A stretch of 55,117 nucleotides of DNA, filler included, from Jimgerdemannia flammicorona (taxonomy: Eukaryota): NCBI GenBank assembly GCA_003990765.1. It is 3 parts of 3 records of this genome, joined end to end, with 100 filler letters (N's around TTAATTAATTAA, not from the genome) between each part and the next. Parts side by side here need not be neighbours in the genome. Positions count along the whole stretch, not along the records: positions 1 to 18,308 come from RBNJ01002242.1; 2 more parts are not named here. One strand, written 5' to 3'. Each line of letters begins with the position of its first letter. Within the stretch, counting starts at the first letter, position 1. The position numbers and the translations under genes were made by a program. The notes beneath the pieces are model-generated. The model was not told the DNA's origin and ran no database searches. It saw only the letters and a program-made list of their open reading frames with translations. Shown piece after piece: positions 1 to 13,274 of this stretch.

Positions 1-3000
1 CCCCCCCCCACTAGCCAAGATTTCAAATTCTCCCAGTGGCCTTGCTCATCATCCATCCTCTGCTCTACACCCAGCTGATTCCCTACTTCTATCCAAAAGT
101 CCCCCAGCATCTCACACTCTCCCAGCCAATGTTCCAGTATCTGTACAAATCTTCCAACTTGTCCCACATTATAATACTCCTCACAATCTAATTGGTCACC
201 TTCCACCAGATGCCCTGTACAGAAATTCAACATGATATTCCTCTGCAGCATCTACCACCATACCACTCAGAACTTGAGAGAAAGTCATATCTATACCTCA
301 GTACTCTATGACCAGATACCTGCCCAGTCCCACTCCTTGCCAATTCTTGCTGCCTGCCATCTACTTGGCCAAAGATCCTGGCCAAGACCCTGCTGACACT
401 CTACTCTATCCTTAATGTCAAACTCAGTAAGCAGAGCACTCTCCAGAAGCAATATTGCCCCACCAGTACAGGTCTATTCAGTGTACTCCATCCACCACCC
501 TCCACCAGAAGCCCTTAAACTACAGCCATCAACTTTCATTCAGCCCCACCAGAGTGAGCAAATCTCCTGAGGACCCTTGAGGAGAGAATCTCATCTCCTA
601 CACCCTCTGCAGCAGTGGCACCCAACCCCCTCCCTGTAATTCAACAGCTCTCTTCAACCACTAGGCTTGTAGGCAGTACAACTTCTTAGGGAAATCCACA
701 AGGCCTAGTTCTCTCCTAACCACCAGAGTTGCAAGGGTATCCCAGCTGATCTGGGACCTCCTCTTAGCCCAAATCCAATCTCTAGTCATCTTTGTCAGCC
801 TCTTCACTACCCAAGCTGGGAAGTCTAGGTGATATACCATATACTATAGCTTGGGGAATCAGTAGGTATTCAGAATCGACATCTGCTCTGCCAGAGAGAT
901 GTGGCAACCCCCCCAACCTCAAAGGGCCTCCCCCCAAATGGCTACTCTCCTCTCCCACCACACTCATGGTAAGACAGACCCATATACCAAAAGGAAGATA
1001 CCCAGATACCACACTACCTCTCCTGTAGAGATAATTGTTCCAATGATGTTCCCTCCCACCAGTCCATTTCCCAACACCATCATCTCACACTTATACTAGT
1101 TGAGTTTCACCCCAGAGTGTGCCTCATACCAATCTACTGTCTCCTTGAGTATCTCCACATTAGCCACCAATCTAAGTTCAACTACTATATCATCCACAAA
1201 GGCCCCCATCTTCTACACTACACCATACATAGAAAGCCCTTCCACCTTCCAATGGATCCTATCCATCAAAGGTTCTAAAGAAAGAGTATAGAGGATAGGA
1301 GACAGTGGGTCTCCTTGAGGAACTCCTCTTCCTAAGAGAAATGCCAAACCTCTGTGATCATTACACAATAGCATCACTCTGCTACCTTCCAACAACTTCA
1401 ACATAGAAGCCCAAAACTGTGAGGGCACACCAATTCTATCAAGTACCTTGCCCAGCCACTCCTGCTGAACACAGTCATAGGTCTTCTCCTGGTCCAAGAA
1501 GACCAGTCTACTATCCAGTCCACAAGCCCAGGCCCTTTCAATGATGCCATACACCCAGACAGTCCTGTCCCTGATAAGCCTGCCTCCTATAAAGCCCTAC
1601 TGCTTCTCACCCAGCACCTGCTGGATAACCCTCTGTAGCCTTGCAACAATCACCTTAGTCACCATCTTCCTGTCCATATTCAGGAGCATGATCAGCCTCC
1701 AGTTCTTCCAGTCCTCCCACCTCCCCTTGTCTTTATATAATAAGGCCACCAGTCCTAAGTCTTGCTCACCAACCCACTCGCTATTTAGGAGAATTTGGTT
1801 ACAGAGGGTGGCCATTTCACCTAATACTCCAGGGACTTTCACCATCCTCCTCCAGAAGTCTCAAGGTAACCCATCCTCCCCTGGCACTGTTCCAAGCTTA
1901 GTCACCACAAAGACTCTCTAGATCTCCTCCTCTTGGATCAGTAAGATTAAGTCACCCAGCCCCACTACCTGCAGTGGCTCCCACTCCTCCAGTATATCTC
2001 CAATCACCTCCTCATCAGCACCCCCTTCCTCCTCACTCCACAGACCCCACTATCTCTCCTTCAAAACCCCCAAGATCTGGTGCATACCATGTACCATATC
2101 TCCCTCAGCATCCAAGACCCTATCCCACTGATGTCATATTCTCCTAGCTTTGAGGAGCCTAGACAAGTATCTAGTAGGCTGCTCTCTCTCCTCAAGCCCC
2201 TGCCACTATAGCCTGGCAGCTATTCCTTTCAAATGAATCTCCTCCTCCTCTCTCAAAACCTGTTGCAGCTCCACTACCTTCAATTTTGCCTGCTCTAACC
2301 TCCAATCCTCTACCTCTTCAGAAGAAAGCAAATCAACTCATTCCATCTGCAATCTCATCAGCCTATTAGAAGCATATCTTATGTACTTCCTTCTCTATCT
2401 CCCAGCCTCCCTACCAGCCCCTCTCCAATAGACTCTCATCACCTCCTTCAACCACATCCAAAGGACACCCACAGCCAAACTCTCTTGCCTCCAGATATGC
2501 ATCCTTATCTGGATGTCCTCTACCCATGAGTCCCACAACACCTTCTCAGTCAGCAGAGAGGAGTTAAGGTGCCAATGTTCAGGTCCATCTCCACTTCCCC
2601 CAAACTGTTTCTGCCCCAATAGCCCCCAGTGAGATATCACTCTATCTCCAAAGTCTTCCAAACATCAGCACCCCAGCATTTGGCTGTTAGAATCCAGTCA
2701 ATCCTCATACCCAAGCCATTCACCCAGTGTGTGTAGACCCTCTTGTTGCCCCAGCATGTTCAGTCCATATCCCCCAAGGAGCTAAGATTCTCCACCTCCT
2801 CTCATGCATCCAGACCACTACTCCTCCCACCTGCATTACTCTCTCTATCTGTTCTATCCAATTGTGGATTCTGAATCATATTAAAATCACCACCCAGAAT
2901 ATCTACTCCTTCCTCCAAGAGAATATCCTTCTCCAGCAGATCTCAAATCCATGCAATCCTCTCACCCCTAACTGCAGGGCAGTAGCAGGAGCCAACTCTC

Positions 3001-5446
3001 ACCAGCTCTCACCCTGGCTGATGCCAATCTCCCCAGACCAAACAGTTGCCCCAGCTCTTGACTCTGCCTAAGTCTCCTCTATCCTTCTTCATCAGAATCA
3101 CCACTTTGCTAAACCAAGCAGTATCCTCTCTCTATTCTCTAGTCCACTCCACTTGATTATTCTCATCCTTATACTATATATCCTGCAGTAAAAAGAGATC
3201 AGCCTCCAATCCTTTAAGCCAAGTAAAAATGTTCCTATATTGCCCAGATTCCCTTAACCCATTCATATTTAGAGAGAAAATGTTAGTTGTACTATTCATA
3301 AGGAATAATATTGTTGATCAATTACATCCTCTACAAATCTGCATACAATACCTCCTGTACTAAGTCCAAATTATATTCTGCAGCCAGCACTTTCTCTTCA
3401 ATTGCCTGGGCCTCCAAACCTACCAGAAGTTTAGCCAATACCCCATTCTCTTTTTCCTCAAAGTCCTTATGATACTCCAGGCCAGCCTCCTGCCAGAGTT
3501 GCAATCTATGCTGCTCAGCCCAATAGTAGGCAGCATACTCATCAGCAATAACTGCCAGCTCAGCCTCTCTTATCTTATCAATCTCATATCTCTCCTCCTC
3601 TAGGAAAATTGTAAGAATCTCTGCCTTCAGTACCTCCACTACCCCATCTCCACATAGGATCCATGCCCAATGCTCCTTCAGCATTATATACAGGTCTACT
3701 TCCTCCAACTCCTCAGCTGTAAAGTTATCTATCATCTTGCTCATCTACAGCAGGTTTCCCATCTCCTTCCCTCTCAGCATCCCTGGCTTCCCTATATTGA
3801 GCATCATGGTATCTGCCCCTATACTGGCAGTCTTATCTCATCTCTCCTCTAGGACATCCACCAACTCATCCTTGTCAGCTACCTTATCAACTGCCACCAC
3901 CCAACTGCCTTCTGCCACATTAGGAATCCCAAAATGAACCCTCTGAGCACCCTTCATCAATACATCCTCTTCTACCTGACCCCTTGTCACCAGACCCTGC
4001 CTAATCAGAGGGGAAGTGTCTTCCATAATCAGGTCCCATACTTCATCAGCAAATGAGTTCTTGTGCAGCACCTTCTCAGCCCCTCCCAGACTTTCCTCCC
4101 CAATACTTCTGCTCTCTCCAGCCCAGACACTCACCTCCACACCCTCAGGCTTTGCAGAGCCCCCAGCCACTATCTTTGTCTCTCCTTTTATACTCACTAG
4201 CAGCTCCTGCTACCTCTTGCACCCTTGAGCTCTCTCCCACTGTCTCTTTTCAGTACGAATATGCTTCTCATCAATAATCTCCAGGTGTGTTGACTCCACA
4301 TAGAGCTTCCAGACCTTTGTCTATCATTTGACCACACCACTCAACTCCTCCAGTGCTTCTAATAAGTCCTTCTCCTCCTCTTCACTCCTCTTCACCCTTG
4401 ACACCTTATAGATAAATACCCCACATCAATACTGAGGGCCAGTCACTCACCTTTCCTGTAGCCTCTCTCTCTGCCAGTCTGATCCTGACATCAATATCAC
4501 CTGTCCTAATTGCAGTCCCCTCCCACACCTAGAAGCCAATATCCACCATGTCACCATACTCTACCATCACCTCCTCCACTCTCCTCCTAGTCTCAACTTT
4601 CATCACTATAGGCACCCCCTTTACTAGCAACTACACCACCCTGGGGTCCCACCTAAGACATTGTACCATAGGGACCACCACTTCTCCAACCACCACTCTA
4701 GTCTTCAGCACCTCATCCAGTGGGCCCACCTCTTCAAAGTCCACCTCAATCCCCTCTTCAGGAACTTCACTGAGGCTGCCCTAGCTATCTGCTGCAAGAT
4801 AAACCCCAGGATCATTCTTGCAGTTACTGTTAAGCCCTGGAAGCACAAGGTAGCCACAAACTCTGAAATCAACTTCTTGAGTAATGGTGCCACTGCTAGC
4901 CCCATCACACCATCAGCCAGGTCCCCCTTCTGCTTTGGGCCCATCTACTCAGCCCCTCCATCAATAGTCATATCTGGATTTTTTTCCAGATTTCCAGTCA
5001 TGCCCCTATCAGTAGTCCTGCCACTACTCTCAGCAGCCATTCTACCAGCCCTACCACCCACCAGCAGAGGTCCAGCACCTCTAGCTCCTCCAGCTTCTCC
5101 CATCTTCTACTTCTCCTTCCCTCCTGCCTGCCCATTCTGAGTCTCCACTGATTAACCACCATCTCTTAGTATATCTGTAAAGCTCCTCCCTGCCTGCCCT
5201 CCAGCCCTACCACTAGTGCCACTACTATTATCTGAGCTGCCCTGTCCACTTGGACTACCGAAAGACCCTATTCCAAGCCCATACTCTTGTCCAACATACT
5301 GCCAGTTGAAGGCCCCAGGTCTATCTGACCCAATATATACATTGGCTTGCTTGCTGATTAACATTGCCTTAATATCTTTCTCCAATAAATAACTTGAAAG
5401 TGTGTTGTAAAAGTGTGTGTAACATGAATTGTAGTGGAGAAAGGTG
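1..5446 (-). mobile_element. Decayed near-full-length L1/Tx1-like LINE (ORF1 + APE-RT ORF2); 3' end runs off the window
   Basis: ORF2 starts ~3299 (MNSTTNIFSLNMNGLR, APE motif I-like). RT motifs: WRLIMLLNMDRK, DQEKTYDCV, GVPQGDPLSPILY, GAFVDDIV (~1185-1205). ORF1 runs ~5364-3331 with an RRM-like segment. Many stops, almost no CpG. Confidence 0.9.
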
Positions 5447-5459
5447 CTATTAGTCATCT

Positions 5460-6150
5460 AATTCATCACCTAATTCTCTCTTATTAACACTATACTAACT
5501 CTCTCTAGTCTCTACAGTATTAGTAGTTTTCTTTTTTTCTTTTTCTATAGTATACTATCTATCTATATTTTCTTATTATCTCTGTATTCTCTCTACCTCT
5601 CTATATTCCCCTAAGACTATAGTTATATACTATATAGCTTTTAGAGAATCTTAGATCTAATTTTCTTCTCTTTTACCACTCTAATCCCAAGATTTCTTAA
5701 GTTACTATTTGCTAAAAACTATATCAAATTATACCAAACTAGTTTAAACTAATAGCTAGACTTCTTTATTATTAATAGATAAAGTAAAAACTTGTTAATA
5801 TATTGCTATTTACTAAAAAGTATTATGTGGCTTAGCTGTCTTCAAATAGTTTGAGTAAAAGAGTAATCTCTTAATACTTTATTATCTATATTCTGACTAT
5901 AAGAGAATATGAAGATTTATTCAATAACTATAATAAAAAGTAGCAAATAATAAATACTAGTAACTTAAAATATCTCTGCTTAGGAGAAAGACTATAGTTC
6001 AGAGATTTTAAGAGTAGTAGAAAATATATCTAGTTAAAGAGATAGTACTTATAGAGAAATAGTAACAATTCAAGTCCTAAACTTAAATATTCTTTATAAA
6101 GGAGGATAAATATATAAGATATTTACAGTATTAGTACTTTAAGTATCTAG
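5460..6150. repeat. AT-rich hypermutated transposon remnant
   Basis: Very AT- and TpA-rich, no CpG, no intact ORF; lies between two recognisable elements. Confidence 0.5.
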
Positions 6151-9100
6151 TGTGACAAACTAAAACATACCACCTGAATTATAACTTAGCTAAATAATAT
6201 GAACACATAATATAGTAACCAGTAACCATTGCTGCAGAAAGCTATATAAATAGCCAGACTACCAGATAAGATATACCTGTATAAGACCTATATACCTGTG
6301 CAAGACCTGTATACCTGTGTAAGACCTGTACACCTGTACAAGACCTGTACACCTATGCAAGATCTGCACACTTATGCAAGACCTACATACTTACCATAGA
6401 TAGTAATCTATAGTTAGCAATGTAGTAACCCATAGTAATCACAACTGTATAAATTACTCCAAAGATAAGAGTGAATAAACCTTAGTCTAAAATTGAATCC
6501 AAAGTAGAAGACAAGTCTGCCTACTATACTTTGAGGGATACATCTGCCAAAAGCCACTTAATCCTAAAGGAATTAGATTGTAATACTTAGGAGAAACACC
6601 TGCTCTAAAGCCACTACTAGGAGATTGTGAGCTTTGCTATTTCCACTCCAGTCCACTATCTGATACAAAGAAGAGTCTGAAATACAAATACCAAAGAAGC
6701 CTCTAAAGATTGAGCATTGGTTTCCTTTCTACTCTAGTCTATTTTCTGATACAAAGCTGATTTTACCACTAAGTTTGAGTGAAGAACTTCACTGCTTTTA
6801 GAATTATTGGTATGCTTACCAGACTAAGTCTGAAGAGAAATCCACTGCTTAAGGAATAAGCTGTATTATTGGTTCACTTGCCAGATAAGTCTGAAGATTT
6901 CCACTTAAGAGAAAGCCACCTTGCTCAAGCTAGTTTCTGATGCAACTTCACAGTGATCTGTTATATAAACAAAGCCAGTCTTTATGTAACTTTGCCAAGA
7001 GACCCTTTCCAAGCTGCTAGTTAATTTCCCAGTTGAAGCTGTTATTTTCAAGAAGTCTGCTAATTTAGAAGAATCTGTGTCATTTACTATTTTCAAGTTA
7101 TCTATATTCCCAGAGAATCTGTGCCATCTGAGTTATTATTTCTAGAAGCCTGCTGATTCAGGAAGAATCTGTAACCTCTGAATTATTCATTGTTCCCAGT
7201 GAGCCTGATACAAAAGAAACTACCACCAGTATTATTCCTAGTAAGAAGAATCTATGCTATATAATTCCCAGTAAGCCAAATTGAGTTATCTGCCAAATCT
7301 ATATAAGGAATATCATCAAGATCATCTTGCACAAGAAATCCACTGTACTATACAGAAGATTGTCATGCAGAAATCACATACTTTTGGAAATCACTGCCAC
7401 TTAAGAAAGAAACTGCTAAATTACTATATTATCACATATAAGGAGACCATTATACTATACATGAAATTCTACCAATTCCCAGTTGACCCAAGAAGGAAAA
7501 GACATACAAATTGCTACTACACCCAGAGAACCATCCAAATATGGAAACTGCTTATAGATATCCAGTTTTGACTATTATACCACTAAACACCAAGGACCTC
7601 AGAAATCTTAGAATATTTGTTACTTTTTGACAAAGTAACTGGAAGCTCAAGCCAAACTACATCAACTCCCAACCTTGTAATTTGCTTCCATTGAGCTAGG
7701 CACATTATATTTGGGAGCTCAACTGGGAAGATTTCAAAATTGATGTGACTTTTCAGCTCACAAGAACCCACAGTCAAACTGGATACATTTGATACAATAC
7801 CAATCTCTGCTACTACAGGAGAACTAGTTATCACCAGCATCTGGACAGGAAGAGAAGTAATCACATCAAGACTTGTCAACTACCCAGCATCAGAAGGATC
7901 CCAACCAGAATCAGAAGACAGTATAGTCCAAAATCTCCAACTAGATCAATCAGAAAACACCAGTGGTCCTGTTGGAGATTTTGAAGAACTTATATAAGAA
8001 CTAGAAGATCTTATTACATAAGTCCAAGATCTTACAGCCAGATACTCCATATCAGTCCTATCAATCTCACTAATAGAATCTTTACCACAAGCCCTTACAG
8101 AGTTGGAAGTGGCTCCTACAAGGATATCTAGGCTCATTCCACTTCATCCAAGATCCAGAACACTATCCTCAGGATACCCAAGCACCCTCATCTCTAGTAA
8201 CAGCTCAGAAAGTAAATCAGAATCAGAATCTGGACCAGAACCAGAATCAGAAGAAAGTGATAATGAAATGACCACCTCATTGCCAACCTTTACAAAATAC
8301 CCAGAAGAAGACCCCAGAGAATTCCTTGATAGAATTGAAGGAATTGCAGCCCTGAGGAATCTCTCAGATGAAAGAAAAATCACCATCTACAAGACTCAGC
8401 TCAGAGAACTAGCCAGAGGAATTTTCCACTAAATAGCAAATAACCCAGATTCAGAACTGGTGAGACAGATATAGGCAGCAATGTCTTTTGAGCTAGAATA
8501 TGTAGCCATGGTCTACTGGCTCATTGAAAAGTATGTAGAAAATGAAATCTACCACAAGGCTCAAGAATCTATCATAGGGATCTTAGAGAATCATCCAGAG
8601 CCTTCTTCATAAGAATCCAGAAGAGAATATATGCTGTCAGGTTCAATGCTACCAACCAGGACATCATAGGTCCAATGACCTTCATGAATGGAATTCCCCT
8701 AAACATTGCCCAGTATGTTCATATTCTAGGCATTAGAAGGTCTGAAGAGCAAGTAGATGCAGCCCAAAAATTCTTTGATATCAGATAAGGAACTATCTGA
8801 AGTGATTATGATAAGAAAGAAGATAAAGAAGACATCCTGGTCAAAGCCCTACAAGAACTCCTTCAAGGATAAGAAAGATCCAAAGAAAGAAGGCCAGCTA
8901 AAGAAGCAAAGAAGAACAGAAGTGAAATCCAAGACCTTAGCTCCAAGTTGGACTAATTGGTTGAACAGATTGAAAAACTCACCATATGTGAAAATTGGAG
9001 CTACCAAGACAACAGAGGATATTCATCACAGAGGAGCCAAAGTTATCTACCAAGAGATAATAGAAATTTCCAGTAAGAAGAAAGAAGATACTCTATCCAA

Positions 9101-10985
9101 GATAGAGCCCAAGTCCAATACTTCTACTGTGGATAATTTGGACACTATGTCACTGAATGTGACAACAAAAGAAGTGACTGAAGGAACTCAGAACCACCAA
9201 ACCAAAGGAATTACACTCAGTATAAGAAGACTAAAGCCCATTCTGTTGAAGATTTTGAGGAAGCAAGCAACAGTGAAGACTACAGTGACCTAGACTTGTA
9301 CCTTACTAAGGTTATCACTTGGAAAACAGTTTATCCAGCAGAGAAAAGAAAGAGACCTATAGGAAGGCCATCCAGGAACATCAGCAGAAGAATCATCTAA
9401 GAGAAAGATGAAGAACATGAAGAAGAGTAGATAGAAACACCTCCCTGAACCCCCTCACCTTTTGTCTCTAAGATAAATGAGTTACCACTAGAAGATGAAT
9501 AAATAGAATAAGAAGAATGGGAATCTGCTACCCCAAAGCCCAAGAAGAAGTATACCCTAAAGACCATACCTAGAGATATCTATAATGAAGCTTGGCAGAA
9601 GATTTAAGAGGCCAAGATAGAAGTCTCTCTCCTGCAGTTTCTGCAACTGACACCAGCTGGAGTCTAAAACAAACTACTGAGAACCATGAGGTCTAGCACT
9701 GGCTGAGTTCCAATCCTACAGTATGAACTAGTTTCCATCTCTGTCCAAGTAGCTGAAAGATATGTCAGCACCTACCTATATGGAGATATCAGAGGACAAA
9801 AGGCAAAAATTCTCATAGACATAGGAGCAGCTGTCTGTGTTATTGCCAAATGATTCCTAGACACCCTCCAATGGCCCATTGATGGACTATCCAACCTTAG
9901 CATCATAGTAGCAGATAGAGCCCGAACTCAACCCCTTGGAGAAGTATGAAACATCACCATTTCTCTGGGACACATTTAGTTCTCCATCCCCAAAGCTATT
10001 ATCACTGAAGCTATCATCTATGACATGATCCTTGGCACCAACTGGATGAAGGAAATGAATGCAGTTGTTGCCATCAGTCAATAGATACTCAAATTTGACT
10101 ACTGAGATAAGAAGTATAGAGTTAAGATGACCAGTTATGAGCAATTGAAGAAGAAGAAGAAGATCACTATTCAGGAAGAATATGCTAGCAGTGAAGAGTC
10201 TACCATAGAGGAGGAAGAAGAATCTGAAGATGGAAATGATCCCAGACTCAATCCCTGGATTAACCTGGTGGATGATAGACCAGAAGACAATGTGTGGGCC
10301 AAGAACACTATCCCTATTACCATTGGAGCCATTACAGGAGAAATAAAAGGATGTCTTATCTACTTCAAGAGATATAAGTATCTCAAGCATTCCTCCAAGA
10401 TCATAGAAATAAGGAAATCACCTGGCACAGCCTGCCCAGAGTGCAGAAAGAAGAAGAAGAAATGCAGACATACCCCAGAAACACCTGCAGCCGAAGCTGC
10501 AGAAGTGTAAGCAATTTCGGGATAAGAATCATCTGAGAAAGAAGAACTTCCTAATTAAGAAGTCTCTGATCAGAAAGTCTCTGAACAAGAAGTATCTGAA
10601 GAAGAAGAAGTCCCCAAACTCATTCTCTGAGATAATTCTCATTGGACACTACCTGAAGATAATGACCCTTAGAATATGGAAGAAGGCCCCACCACAGGCA
10701 CCGAGAACCTACAGGTAACCTATACTGAGCACTTAACACCCAAGGTCGGCCAACTCTCTACATAGTCTAAGACACACCGAGATAACTCCTTGTTGGTGAT
10801 GGCAAAAGGAAGAAGGCACCACACCAAAATGGGTACACCCCAGATGCAGCTGAAGGCACCAGAATCTACAAAAAAGTAGAGGAAGCACTGATCTGACACT
10901 GATAAAGGAGCAACTCATCACTATTGCCCTCCTCTCACCATACCCCTGCAGGCACAGCAAACCAACCTAAGGTAGAGGGGGTAAT
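6151..10985 (+). mobile_element. Decayed Ty3/Gypsy-like LTR element with gag and protease; RT/integrase not seen
   Basis: TGTGAC start at 6151, followed by TATATAAA and AATAAA. Capsid-like PTFTKYPEEDPREFLDRIE (~8268). Decayed CCHC knuckle VQYFYCG*FGHYVTEC (~9113-9160). Protease AKILIDIGAAVCVI (~9803-9845, DTG decayed). Purine tract AGGTAGAGGGGG at ~10970-10981. Confidence 0.75.
6269..6393 (+). repeat. 19-bp tandem repeat (~6.5 copies, consensus AGACCTGTACACCTGTGCA) in the putative LTR
   Basis: Directly visible; units differ mainly by CA/TA and TG/TA changes. Confidence 0.9.
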
Positions 10986-11059
10986 ATTAGGAGAAAGAGG
11001 ACTTGGAAGGTTGCCTACCAAACCTTGTGACTGGTAAGATAGTGGAGAAAGGGGTGTGC

Positions 11060-11390
11060 TACATGATATTTCTCCTCAACATCTGCCACCAAACCACCCA
11101 GAACTTAGGAGAAAGCCACTATCACACTACAGCACTCCATGATCAAACTCCTGCCCAGTCCCACTCCTCTCCAATCCCCATGGCCTGCCAGCTACTTGGC
11201 CACAGATCTTGGCCAAGACCCTGCTGATACTCTACTTCATCCCCAATATCAAACTCAGCAAGTAGAATACCCCCCAGAAGGAGTCTGTCCCATCACTACA
11301 TAGCTGAACCCCACAACACCTCCCCCTCATTGCCTCACCAGCGCAGTCCAATCCGGTGTGCTCCATCTACCACCCCCCAACTCCCGTTGT
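11060..11390 (-). mobile_element. LINE ORF2 C-terminal fragment, same family as 1-5446
   Basis: 11161-11280 (gcctgccagctacttggccacagatcttggccaagaccctgctga) matches 330-450 (gcctgccatctacttggccaaagatcctggccaagaccctgctga). Confidence 0.85.
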
Positions 11391-11557
11391 TGTATGTGCT
11401 TCCTCCATCAGCGAATTCGAAGTTGCTGCTGTTTGCAGATGCTAACAGGTGACGTCACTAGGCTACTATGTGCCGCTACTATGGAAATTGGAACGAATAT
11501 CACGTGATCTCGGGACTAGATGTAACATGCTCTCCCTTTTTCTGTCTTGCCAAAAAA

Positions 11558-12961
11558 ATGGAGCTCCCCCGAAAGAAAATTCTTACAAAGGATGACCTCG
11601 CCCACTTCCACAGCTCTCCCGCCTATGCAGAATACGTCGCGTTTGTCGAGCAACTCAACCTCTCTGTTCAAGGCCTCACAATCCAGGCTGACCTTGTCCA
11701 GTCACACGTCGTCACCTCCATCTTGTCCATCCTCGATACTCTGACACAATGGTCTGCGGATATCCCTCCCGTTGAAAATAAACTTTCGCGCTTCGGTAAC
11801 CCGGCTTTCCGCGACTTTTACGATAAGGTGGCCGAGGTAAATCGGTTTCCAAGTCTGCAGGTCCCTTGCACTTCAACCTGTCCTCATCTCTTTCGATTCG
11901 ACCACCTGTGTAGAACGCCCAAGACTTAATGCGCCCATTTGTGCCAGAAAATTTTATTCCCGAGGTTTCGCGTTACTTTATTGAGAGCTGGGGGAACCGC
12001 AAACGCATCGATTACGGGACAGGCCATGAAGCCAACTTCTTGGTGTGGCTGTAAAGTATTTTCCAACCCACCTGCTCTGCTGGGATATCCATGAACTCTC
12101 GAATAGCTAGCTCACATACTTCTCACACCTTTAACTCCACAGGCTATGCCTTCAAAAGCTTGAGCTAATCAGCTCAGACGATCACGCAACTGTGGGACTC
12201 CGGGTCTTCGTCAAGTAAGTACATCTGACGACATTTTTTTTTTTTTTTTTTTTTTTTTCCTAACTGTATATGTCATCTATATATACATATTACTGTGCAT
12301 TTCCTGTTTCAGATACATTGCGCTTATGCGTCAGCTCCAGTTTTCTTACTGGCTGGAACCCGCGGGCTCTCACGGTGTTTGGGGCCTCGACGATTATCAT
12401 TTTCTCCCCTTCATGTTCGGTTCCTCTCAGCTCATTGGACACAAACACATTCGCCCGAAATCCATACACGACCCTGACACTGTTGCCGAGTTCTCGCGTT
12501 CGTACCTCTATCTCGCCTGCATCCAGTTCATTAACACTGTCAAAACTGCCAGTTTGCGATGGCACTCTCCCATGCTTGACGATATTTCGGGCGTCAAGAC
12601 GTGGTCAAAGGTTAATGAAGGCATGCGCAAAATGTACAAAGCGGAGGTCCTCGGCAAGTTGCCCATTATGCAACATTTTATGTTCGGCAGCCTTATCGCC
12701 TTCGAGGGCGGAACCGAAGGGATGGAAGAAATGGAGGAGGATGATCATGGACACCTTGACCATACACATGAAATTACGCAAGGTCAAAATGGAGAGGCGA
12801 AGGAGAGGTATGCGATGGGTCAAGAGTATCCGGATTGTTGTGGTATTCCTATACCAAGCGCAATTGCGGCGGCAGCAGCGGCGAGAGGTGGGGTTAATGG
12901 GATCGGTGCTAGCGGGTCTATGGCGTTGGGCGGGGTTAAAAGAGCCATTCCGTTCGATTGA
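11558..12961 (+). CDS. RRD2: PP2A phosphatase activator PTPA (Rrd2/Ypa2-like), 4 exons
   Basis: SRFGNPAFRDF, SWGNRKRIDYGTGHE, YWLEPAGSHGVWGLDDYHFLPF, EVLGKLPIMQHF. GT-AG introns ~11837-11913, 12051-12142, ~12215-12312. RRD2 rather than RRD1 is inferred from the WGN/YWLEPAG variant. Confidence 0.93.
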
Positions 12962-13274
12962 TTTGTCGTGGCGGATATGTAAACCCCATTTCTTGTAAAT
13001 ACACAATTGCTCGAATTTTGTCATATATATCATAGAGCCAGAGGGTTTATTTCCAAAGCATCTCTGTCTTAAAGCTGTCTATGGTCATGCATTACAGATC
13101 GGTGAACAGCGTTCTTGAAGAGAATTAGATGTTTGACGGAAAGCCTCTTATGGTGTGGTGTTTTCACACGCTGTAAGCGGGGAATCGTATATCGACACAT
13201 TTTGGGAGAATCCAGACAACCATCACGACAGCAAAATGTGCACTAAGTGTGGCATACGGTCTCTGATTTAGCCA

